64,000 nucleotides of DNA. Source: Chlorokybus atmophyticus. Taxonomy: Eukaryota; Plantae; Mesostigma and Chlorokybus algae. The DNA lies in contig RHPI01003788.1 of the NCBI GenBank assembly GCA_009103225.1, positions 211,582 through 275,581 on the forward strand, read 5' to 3'. Of the stretch, positions 1 through 9,953 are shown in pieces (position 1 is the first letter of the stretch; the number at the start of each line of letters is the position of its first letter). A program made the translations under genes and the position numbers. The notes below the pieces were generated by a model. That model searched no databases. It was not told where the DNA came from and was given only the letters and a program-made list of their open reading frames with translations.

Positions 1-189
1 GGAGGGGAGGGAAGTGCAAACACCCTCGTCTCATTATCACGGCAAGCTCAAGTTGAGTTCTATTATAAAAATCCTTGTGGCTATGCCTGGCATGGGACAT
101 ACTGAGATATATGTCAACTGCCAAGCCTGTATGCGCAACTCGTAGAGAAGTTGCGGGTGGAGTTGTGAGTCTACGGTAGACTCACAACT

Positions 190-1206
190 CTACTGGCACA
201 GCTTTCCAGCAACCCACACGGTATCACTAATATCAAGCTGAGCGTCACTGTAACAGGTGTTGGCATTCTGCCCGCAATCAAAGAGCTTGCACACCTGCAG
301 GCAATAACACAAAGTAAGGCACGCATACGCATACGCGTGCGTGCGTGCGTGCGTGCGTGGCATCACAAACCTTGCACACCTTGCTGTAGTCACCGTCACC
401 AGACTTGTATGCCCAGTACTTGCAGTTAAGGTTGTCCTTGCACATGTGGCAGCAGGTGTCAGCGTTGGGGATGTGCTTGATGTTGTCAATGCGGTGCAGC
501 GGGGGAGTCTTCCACAGCCCTGTGGACACCGGCCTCGAGCAGAAGGACTTGCACACCACTTTGCCGTTGAGACGCTTCTGCACAAGCAGCAAAGTATAGC
601 AAGCAATGCAAGGCAGGCACTCATCCACACAGGCACGCCTGTTCGCATTACAGCCTTCCCACTCGCAGTACATTGGCAACGTACCTGTTCGTAAAAGCCA
701 TGGTTGCAGGTGCAGCGATAGCTGCCAGTTACAGCTTCAGGCTGGCAGCTGCCGTTGGGCACGCACGGGTTAGGGTTGCAGACTGTGTGCACACAGACAG
801 TATGACAAACACAACAACGACAAGTGTGCACATGCAGCTCTCACATGCATGTGTGTACACAAGCGCGCGCTGCAGCCCCTCCACGTCTGCACTGTACTTA
901 CCATCACGAACAGGTGGCGGTGGGGGTGGTAGCACTGGTGGTGGAGGCGATGGTGATGGTGGTGGGGGTGATGGCGGTGGGGGTGGGGGTGATGGCGATG
1001 GCGGTGGGGGTGATGGTAATGGTGATGGGGGTGATGGCGGGGGTGGCGGCAACGGCTAAGCACAAGGAATGATGTCAATTGCCTCAGTGCAGACACCGTG
1101 TTGTTACAACATGACACGATAACACTACACACCCACCTCACCGGCTCCATCCCGACACATGCCGTCCGGGCAGGGCGTGTCTCCCGGCTTACCGAAACAG
1201 AACTCT

Positions 1207-1246
<40 letters not shown>

Positions 1247-1905
1247 CGAGAGCGAGCGCGAGCGCGAGCGCGAGCGCGAGCGCGAGCGCGAGAGCGAGAG
1301 CGCGAGAGCGAGAGCGCGAGAGCGAGAGAGCGAGAGAGCGAGAGCGCGAGAGCGCGAGAGAGCGAGAGAGCGAGAGAGCGAGAGAGCGAGAGAGCGAGAG
1401 AGCGNNNNNNNNNNNNNNNNNNNNNNNNNNNNNNNNNNNNNNNNNNNNNNNNNNNNNNNNNNNNNNNNNNNNNNNNNNNNNNNNNNNNNNNNNNNNNNNN
1501 NNNNNNNNNNNNNNNNNNNNNNNNNNNNNNNNNNNNNNNNNNNNNNNNNNNNNNNNNNNNNNNNNNNNNNNNNNNNNNNNNNNNNNNNNNNNNNNNNNNN
1601 NNNNNNNNNNNNNNNNNNNNNNNNNNNNNNNNNNNNNNNNNNNNNNNNNNNNNNNNNNNNNNNNNNNNNNNNNNNNNNNNNNNNNNNNNNNNNNNNNNNN
1701 NNNNNNNNNNNNNNNNNNNNNNNNNNNNNNNNNNNNNNNNNNNNNNNNNNNNNNNNNNNNNNNNNNNNNNNNNNNNNNNNNNNNNNNNNNNNNNNNNNNN
1801 NNNNNNNNNNNNNNNNNNNNNNNNNNNNNNNNNNNNNNNNNNNNNNNNNNNNNNNNNNNNNNNNNNNNNNNNNNNNNNNNNNNNNNNNNNNNNNNNNNNN
1901 NNNNN

Positions 1906-1953
<48 letters not shown>

Positions 1954-3464
1954 GGAGGGGGAGCGGGAGGGAGAGGGAGAGAGAGGGAGAGAGAGAGACT
2001 CAACAAGCAGAGAAAACACACACGCGTGCGCGCGCCCGCACAAGCACATCGAATGGTTCACACCTTGGACGATGACGGTGAAGGAGCATGCGGTTGCGAG
2101 CAAGGAGGTTCCCGAGCCGCGCTGGAAAGTCTCTTGCACGACGAGGACGTTTCCTCTCTCGGTGTCCGCGGGGGTGAATGTGGCTATGGTGCGGAGGGGT
2201 GAAGCCACTTGTGTCCCCGCGGGTGGGTTGAAGTCCAAGGCACCATCCGGGGAAGCGTGACGGCGTAGAGTGGAGTGATGTCCACGTCGTCGGCCGTGAC
2301 GGCGTGGACGCCGAGCGTGAGGGCATCCGCCACGGGGACGTTGCATTGCACAACTCCTCCCGTGATGTCGAGCGTGCACTGAGGTGGGAGAGGTGTATCA
2401 AAGCTGCACGCGGGTGCACGCGGCAATGCGTCCGGGCTCACAATCTCCAGGATGCATTCCAGCGAGTGTATGGCGGTGCGGTTGTCGGCGTGGTGCTCCT
2501 CCACCATCACTTGCAAGACGTACAACTCCCCCACCGCGGTCTTTTCCGTGCGCCAATCCAACACGCACGAGGGGGATACTGTGAGGGCGTCTATTGCACT
2601 TGGATCAGATGAGATGCCAGAATCGTCTGGTGTGGCACGCCGACACGTGAAGGAGTCCAAGTCTGGGTCCAGCACCGGCAGCTGGATGGTGTTGTCTTCC
2701 CCAAGGCCGGCCACTTGGACGATGGGAGGAGAGGAGGAGACCACGCCGCCGGTGTTGTCGTTGTTCATATCAAGCACCATCTGTAGCTCGATGGAGCTGC
2801 TGGCGGAGTTGACCAGAGTGGGTATCCTGCAGCAAGTAAACAAAGCTACCGTGTATGGGCCTGGCCCGCTGTAACTCCGTGTAACCTGCCACACGTTACG
2901 CAGGTCAGTCTCCAGCTCATGTGCACGCATGCATGTGTAGATGCACATGTGTGTGTGGGCAGAGTAGTACAGACTGTGTGCGTATGTGTGTACCAGTGTA
3001 CACGCAATGTGCGTGCGTGTTTTTGTGTGACCTGAGCCTGGCTTTCTACTATTTCTCACTCAACGTTTGTCCCCGACAAAGAACTTTAGAGTCACTCCAT
3101 GCCCGTCCCCAGTGGAGAGCGGAGAGAAATACCATGTATCGCCAATGTTGGGCGGCGCCTCCAAACTCCAAAAAGCGCTCAACCTTATGCTCTAGAATTG
3201 AAGCGCAATTGTAAGGGGTGGTGTGCAACCAGGCAGCGTTAGCACGCATGGCATGGCACTGCAATACATGCATACCATGCTAACGGTGATGATGACATCA
3301 TAAGGGCCGGCATTGGCACTTGTGTCTTTGCGCCAAGACATGAAGCCGCTGCGGGTTAACGAAGTGTCTTGGGCTACCACTGCGCCAGCATGCATGGCTA
3401 GCTTGACAACGATGGCGACAAGCCACCAGGAGGGCGTCGTTGCTGAAGCTCTATGTTGCTTCAT
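190..3464 (-). pseudogene. Secreted multidomain gene copy A, disrupted: signal peptide, Sib-like/Ig beta-domains, Cys-rich module, Ser/Pro linker, EGF, PAN/Apple
   Basis: Spliced reading gives MKQHRASATTPSWWLVAIVVKLAMHAGAVVAQ (signal peptide), ...FTCCRIPTLVN...SSSPPIVQV...GELYVLQVMVEE, SPPPP repeats, CNPNPCVPNGSCQP...YRCTCNHGFYE (EGF) and CCHMCKDNLNCKYWAY...CKLF (PAN). Stop TAG at 190-192. There is a 1-nt deletion near 2250 relative to copy B and two in-frame stops in the 1090-1200 exon. Confidence 0.75.
1243..1995. repeat. (GA)n/(GCGA)n microsatellite with assembly gap (N 1405-1905), in an intron of copy A
   Basis: Seen directly. The homologous intron of copy B carries the complementary (CT/CTCG)n tract. 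Confidence 0.95.
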
Positions 3465-3499
3465 CCTGCTCCTCATCAACTACACAGCACAAGCGCACA

Positions 3500-3900
3500 T
3501 CATGAAGGAGAGAGACCGTTTCAGTCGTGAGCAGTGCGTACAGTAAGAGAACAGTAATGCACGTTGGAAGCAGTTGCCTTGTTGACAGCTGTTGCGTTTA
3601 TACAAAGCATGCAAGGAGGCGGACGCAGCACGCACACAGACACGTACATGCATCGCGCAAGTGACCAGACCAGAGACCCGCTTACCTTCTCTGGCTCAGG
3701 GGGGCCAGGCGGCCAGCTGGCTTCAGCGGCGGTGAAAGAGAAGAAGAGGCTGAGGTGTAAGTGAGACCAGCGTCATATCCGCCTTGTTGAAGGCTGAGCA
3801 AGCAATCGCCCCGCACTTGGCAAGCTCAAAGTCACATATCCTGGGGAAGCCGAGTGAAGCACGCCGCAGCTGACAGCTGCTGAGCTAGCCAATCTTCCTC
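3500..3900 (-). promoter_or_regulatory. Promoter/5' leader module of copy A (paralogous to 4150-4540 and 9435-9790)
   Basis: The reverse complement aligns with the other two copies, including CAGCTGTCAGCTG, GCTGAAGCCAG.TGGCCGCCTGG and a leader donor AAG|GTAAGC (3680-3685). Confidence 0.6.
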
Positions 3901-4149
3901 TTCTCCCCTCTCTCGGGTTGGCTGATAGCCAACCAGAGTGGGCGACTTGGCAGTAGAAAACTGCCCACTCTGGTGACTGCCATTGGCTGTGCTGCATTGG
4001 CATGTTGCACAGATTGCCGCTTGGTCAGCCCCGCGAGTATACACAAACAGATGTCGTACACTTGCGCGAACGATAGGAAAAATGGTAGGCTTTTCTCGCT
4101 AATGTAGCACAGGCAGCCAAAGATGTAGAGAGGGAGACAGGGACATTGG

Positions 4150-4540
4150 CTTGCTTAGCAGCTGTCAGCTGTCAGCTGCGGCATGCGCCAACTTGCTTTC
4201 TGGCGGCCCAGAGTCTGACTTATACTTGCCAAGATCAAGTCCGGGGCGATTGCTTGCTCACCCTTCGGCAAGGCGGATATGACACTGCAGCAGGAATGCA
4301 CTCGCCTCCTTGGTCTCTGAGAGAAGATGAGTCATCTTCTCTCTCGCCCAGCTGAAGCCAGATGGCCGCCTGGGCCCCCTTGGCTGAAGAAGGTAAGCTG
4401 GTCGGGTCGCTGGGCGCGATGCATGCATGTGACTGTGTGCGTGCGCGTGCACATAATCGCATGCTGTGTGTAAACGCAACAGCCGTCACTAGAACATCTG
4501 CTCCCATGCAGTGTGCCTGCGCTGTGCAGCAAGGAGCAAG
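4150..4540 (+). promoter_or_regulatory. Promoter/5' leader module of copy B
   Basis: Homologous to 9435-9790 and to the reverse complement of 3500-3900. Leader donor GTAAGC at 4393. Confidence 0.6.
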
Positions 4541-6262
4541 ATGAAACCAGACAGAGCTTCAGCGACAACGACGCCGTGGTGGCGGCTTGTTGCCATTGTC
4601 TCGCTAGCCATGCATGCTGGCGCAGTGGCAGCCCAAGCTGGAGACTATTCGGTTTTCCGCGACAGCTTCATGTCTTGGCGCAGACACCAGTGCCAACGCT
4701 GGCCCTTATGATGTCATCATCACCTGGAGCTTTGTATGCATGTATTGCAGTGCCATGCCATGCTTGCGAACGCTGCCTCTGTGCACACCACCTCTTGTGC
4801 TTCAATCCCAGAGCATAAGGTTGAGCGCTGTGTGGTTGGTGCCGCCTCCCAATGGCGAAGTATTCTACTATTACCATCTGATATTCTTTGGAGACGGGAA
4901 CTACCAATACAAACAAGAGATCTCTGTCACTGGGACACACGTTGCACGAGACATAGTAGACGGCCAGGCTCAGGTCACACAGAACACGCACGCACATTGT
5001 ATGCACACTTGCACACACTTACGCACACTCTCAACTACTCTGCCAACACACAGATGCACCTTAACACGCATGCGCGTGTGCACACACATGCAAACATGCA
5101 CACTAGCTGGAGGTCGACTTGCATATCGTGTGGCAGGACACACACAGTTACAGCGGGCTAGGGCCGTACACGGTCTCTTTTGGCGATTGTTGCAGATTAC
5201 CCACTCTGGCCAACTCCGCCAGCAGCCCTTACAAGCTACAGATGGTAACTGATATGGACAACAACAACACCGGCGGCGTGGTCTCCTCCTCTCCTCCCAT
5301 CCTCCAAGTGGCCGGCCTCGGGCAAGACAACACCATCCAGCTGCCGGTGCTGGATCCAGACCTGGACTCGTTCACGTGTCGGTGTGCCACAAAAGACGAG
5401 TCTGGCATCTCCTCTGATCCAAGGGCAATAGACGCCCTCATAGCATATCCCCCTCGTGCGTGTTGGAATGGCGCACGGACGGGACCGCGGTGGGGCAGTT
5501 GTACGCCTTGCAGGTGATGGTGGAGGAGCTCCACCCCGGCAACGCCCCCGCCAAGCACGCGCTGGACTTCATCGTGGAGATCGTGAGCCCGGCCGCAAAG
5601 CCACCCGTGTGCAGCTTCGACCCGCTCCTGCCGCAGTGCATACTCGATGCCATATTCCCATGCAAGATGTCCTCACCCTCGGAGTTACCGCTACTACGGC
5701 CGACGAAGTGGACATCACTGCACTCTACGCCGTCACGCCCTCGCCGGATGGTGCCTTGGACTTCACCCTACCCGCGGGGACAGCGGTGGCTTCACCCCTC
5801 CGCACCACAGCCACATTCACCCCCGCAGACTCCGATAGAGGGCGCGTTCTCGCCGTAGAGGAGACATTCCAGCGCGGCTCGGGAACCTCCTTGCTCGCAA
5901 ACACCTGCTCCTTACCGTCATTGTCCAAGGGGTGTGTGCACGCTTGTGTGTTGTCTTTGCATGTCGAGTCTCTCTCTCCCCCCCTCTCCCCCCCTCGCGC
6001 TCTCTCGCGCTCTCTCGCGCGCTCTCGCTCTCTCGCTCTCTCTCTCGCTCTCTCTCTCGCTCTCTCTCTCTCGCTCTCGCTCTCTCTCTCTCTCGCTCTC
6101 TCTCTCTCTCTCGCTCGCTCTCTCTCTCTCGCTCGCTCTCTCTCGCTCTCGCTCGCTCTCGCTCGCTCTCTCTCTCTCTCTCTCGCTCTCTCTCTCTCTC
6201 TCGCTCGCTCTCTCTCTCTCGCTCGCTCTCTCTCGCTCTCGCTCGCTCTCGCTCGCTCTCTC

Positions 6263-6310
<48 letters not shown>

Positions 6311-7394
6311 NTCTCGCTCTCTCTCTCTCGCTCTCTCTCTCGCTCTCGCTCTCGCTCTCGCTCTCTCTGTACAGAGTTTTGTTTCGGTAAGCCGGAAGAG
6401 ACGCCCTGCACAGACGGCGTGTGTCGGGACCTAGCCTGTGAGGTGGGTGTGTACTGTTGTCGTGTCATGTTGTCACAACACGGTGTCTGCTACTGAGACA
6501 GTCGACTCACTCCTTGTGCTCAGCCGCTGCCGCCACCACCGCCATCACCCCCACCACCGTCACGCCCACCACCATCACCATTACCCCCATGCCCATCCCC
6601 GTCCCCATCACCTCCACCACCATCACCACCACCACCATCACCATCACCCCCACCGCCATCACCATCACCCCCACCACCATCGCCATCACCTCCACCACCA
6701 GTGTTACCACCCCCACGGACACCTATTCGTGATGATAAGTACAGTGCAGACGTGGAGGGGCTGCGCGCTTGTGTACACATGCATGTGAGAGCTGTGCACA
6801 CAGTCTGCAACCCCAACCCGTGCGGCCCTTGCGGTTGCTGCCAGCCTCAGGTAGATAGAACTGGCGGCTAGAGCTGCATCTGCAACCATGGCTTGTACGA
6901 ACAGGTACGTTGCCTTTGTACTATGAGTTTGAAAGCTGCAGTGTGTGTGCGTGCACGTGTGCATGTGTGCTTGATGCCTGACTGCTATAGTTTACTTGGA
7001 TTGCTGCTTGTGCGGAAGCGTCTCAACGGCAACGTGGTGTGCAAGTCTTTCTGCTCGAGGCCGGTGTCCACGGGGCTGTGGAAGACTCACCCACACTCAA
7101 CCGCATAAATGTGATCAAGCATACCCCCGACGCAGACACCTGCTGCCACATGTGCAAGACCAACCTCAACTGCCAATATTGGGCGTACTCTTCTAGCAGT
7201 GGCCACTACAGCAAGGTGCGCAATATCCTTTAGATGACACGCACACACACAGACACGTATGCGTGCCTTACTTCTGTGGTTGCCTGCAGGTGTGCAAGCT
7301 CTTTGATTGCGGGCAGTATGCCAACACCTGTTACAACGACGCTGAGCTTAATGTTAGTGATGACGCGTGGGTTGCTAGAAAGCTGTGCAAGTAG
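4541..7394 (+). pseudogene. Secreted multidomain gene copy B, inverted paralogue of copy A, disrupted
   Basis: Same exon and domain order as A. Lesions: 2-nt deletion near 4682, 1-nt insertion near 5445, a deletion near 5650, Pro-exon donor mutated to ATAAGT (about 6735), TAG inside the EGF exon and a 1-nt insertion in PAN (about 7088). Ends LCK-TAG at 7392-7394. Confidence 0.8.
5969..6368. repeat. (CT)n/(CTCG)n microsatellite in an intron of copy B
   Basis: Seen directly; single N at 6311. Confidence 0.95.
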
Positions 7395-7975
7395 TAGGCA
7401 GACGGTCTACCGGAGACCCACATGATGGGCGAGAGACGCGCATATGCGGCCACCAGTTTCCAAATAGGCTGCTAGCTGTGTCTCTGGATGCTTTTAGCCA
7501 TTGCGGCTCGCGGAGATTTGTGACAACTTGGTTGGCAATGGTGATGTCATGTTGAGTGTGTGCGCCTATATGTCTTACATACGTACATACTACAACAGCA
7601 CACGCGCGTGCATGCGCATGCCCACACATGCACGCCACGCATGCTGTGAATGGTCAATGCCGCCCATGCCGTGCGCACGCGCGTGCGCTCGCATGTGTGT
7701 ATGCGTGTGCGCGTGCGCGTGTGTTTGTGACTCATAACAATCCGAGTGAGCGTTTGGTCTGTGTGTGGTAGGTATGGGCTGAACAGTTCACTATCTACTC
7801 AAACTTGCAAATCAACAACTTCCAACGCTACTGTCTCCTCAATCAGTCGCTATGTGCCAAGACTTCCCCTTTCGTACTTTCATACAGAGTAGCATACCAA
7901 GGCAATCAACAAGCCATACATTACCTCACATCGTTATGTTTAGGTATACACATCTAGAGTCACAGAGCCTCACAC

Positions 7976-9130
7976 CCTATCTCACGCCCGTTGAAGTGGC
8001 GAGAGACCTAATGTTGGTGTTGTTGTTACGGTGAAGCGCAGCAGCTAAGTCCACGAGGTGGCGCATCGTTGCCCGTGAGGGCAGTTCCATGGCGAGTGCA
8101 AGTCCGCCAGATGACCAAGTATCTGCATGGTGACACAATCTCGTCACATAACAATGAACCAGCAGGTGTTAACATATCACTGAGCACAGCAAAGCAAGGT
8201 ACATGCACCCATGCGCACGCCCGCATATGTGCTGATCCATACGCCCCGCGTGCCCGCGCGCCCGCACACACACACGCACACATGCCACGTTACCCACTCA
8301 CCCTTTCCATTTGTGACTGGCTCAGTGCCGTGCCTATCATCACCGCAGACCTGCATACAAACACTCAACACCATTGCGCTGTTGCTGGACTTCTCATGCA
8401 CAACCGCTTGCGGTGGGACAACACAACAAAACCTGCGTGCCCGTGAGGCGAGCATTGCGCGCACACGGGAAGGCCGCACGGTGCCGTTGCAGAGATCACC
8501 TATGTGGTTGCTGCCGTTGTTGTTCTGCGATGACGACGATGTGGATGTTGATGGCGTGGACGGGCTGCTTTCGTTATCGGTGTCGGTGGCAGCTTGGTGT
8601 GGAGTCGCGTAAAAGAGACACGAGCTCCTGAACATCCGTGAGCACAACGCTATCAACATGTGTGTACTATGTGTGTGCGCATGCGCGCGTGTGTGCGCGC
8701 GCACACATATCGCATACATACATGCGTGCCCCGTGCGCGTTCGCAAATGTTTGCGTTGCCTGTGCGTGTGCACATGCCTGCGCGTGCGCGTGCGCGTGTG
8801 TGTCTGTGTGTAAACATACATTATGTGCTCTGGACTTGATATGTACACGTGTACAATACAGTTGCAACTGACCCGATACGCCAAAGATGACGTTCTTGCT
8901 GAAGGGCACCGCGGTCAGCCTCAACCGCGAATGAGACTGGGCTGCGACGTTTTTCAACAAAGTCAAGGCCGCTTTTCCTGTTTAAACAGATTGGCTTACA
9001 AGAAATACAAATGATGAGCACTTGTACTACTAGATGAACGCAACGTGAACGCCACCCGAGTGTGTCCAGATCGGACATGACTGTCAACTCCGCTGCAGCG
9101 CTCAATCCCCAAAGGCAGAGAGCCCTGAGT
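7976..9130 (-). pseudogene. Duplicated 3' fragment (last five exons) of the PMS1/PMS2 gene
   Basis: Exons LSAAAELTVMSDLDT, SRLRLTAVPFSKNVIFGVS, VRPSRVRAMLASRAR, SAVMIGTALSQSQMER and HLADLHSPWNCPHG match 14084-15190. The DQHA exon is missing and a 4-nt deletion breaks CPHGRP (about 8070). Confidence 0.85.
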
Positions 9131-9434
9131 AGAGGACATAACAAACAGATTCTTGTTGTTGTATTGACAAGACAGCATGTACGCCTAGACCATAATGATA
9201 ACGTGTATAGCCTTGCCATGCGTGGTAAGGTTGCCAGCTGCTCGGCCTCTGGCGCAGGGCCCGGTGACAATACAGCGCACAAGAGGTGCGCAAAGTGTGT
9301 TCTCCTCCTGCTGCGGCTTGTGAAGACGCAGTGTGTGAGTGGGTAAGAAGTAGATGGATATACTCGCCAGATAGCAGTAGATAGTCTCGCCAGCCTATCA
9401 GCTGGCGAGTGCCAATGCATAGAGATTTGCTAGA

Positions 9435-9790
9435 TCAGCAGCTGTCAGCTGCCAGCTGCGGCGTGCGCCAGCTTGCTTCTCTCGGCTGCCCAGAAATCTG
9501 ACTTGAGTTTGCCAAGTCCGGGGCGATTGCTTGCGTAGCCTTTAACAGCAGGTGCATATGAAACTGCAGCAAGAAACCTCACTTCCTCAGTCTCTTCTTC
9601 TCTCTCGCCCAGCTGAAGCCAGCTGGCCGCCTGGCCGCCCTTGGCCAAGGTAAGCCGTTCTCTGGTCTCGCTTGATGCATGTGTCTATGTGCGTGCGCAA
9701 ACTGGTGTGCTGTATGAACGCGACAGCTGTCTGCTCCCAAGGTGCACGACTGTTCTCTTCTGGGTGCACTGCTCAGCACCTGAACTCTCT
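9435..9790 (+). promoter_or_regulatory. Promoter/5' leader module upstream of the LRR-EGF-PAN gene
   Basis: Homologous to 4150-4540. Leader donor GTAAGC at 9650. Confidence 0.6.
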
Positions 9791-9953
9791 CAGCGCCTGT
9801 TAAGAATAAAGCGGCTTTCTACGGGATCGCTGCTGACAGATGACGCAGCTCCAACCGACCAGTATATACACAACATTGCTTCAGCGGCGTGAAGGTGTTT
9901 CTTTGTGTGTCTGCAGGTCAACGTTGCGGGTCAGGCCAGCATGACTGAAGCCC

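Noticed and set aside
673-1059. Gly-rich (GGGDG) collagen-like ORF on the + strand; likewise 6520-6816 on the - strand
   Set aside because: Antisense reading of the Ser/Pro linker exons of genes A and B.
9360-9435. Helitron 3' end (hairpin plus CTAG)
   Set aside because: Hairpin-to-CTAG spacing is longer than typical and no 5' TC end or A/T insertion site was identified.
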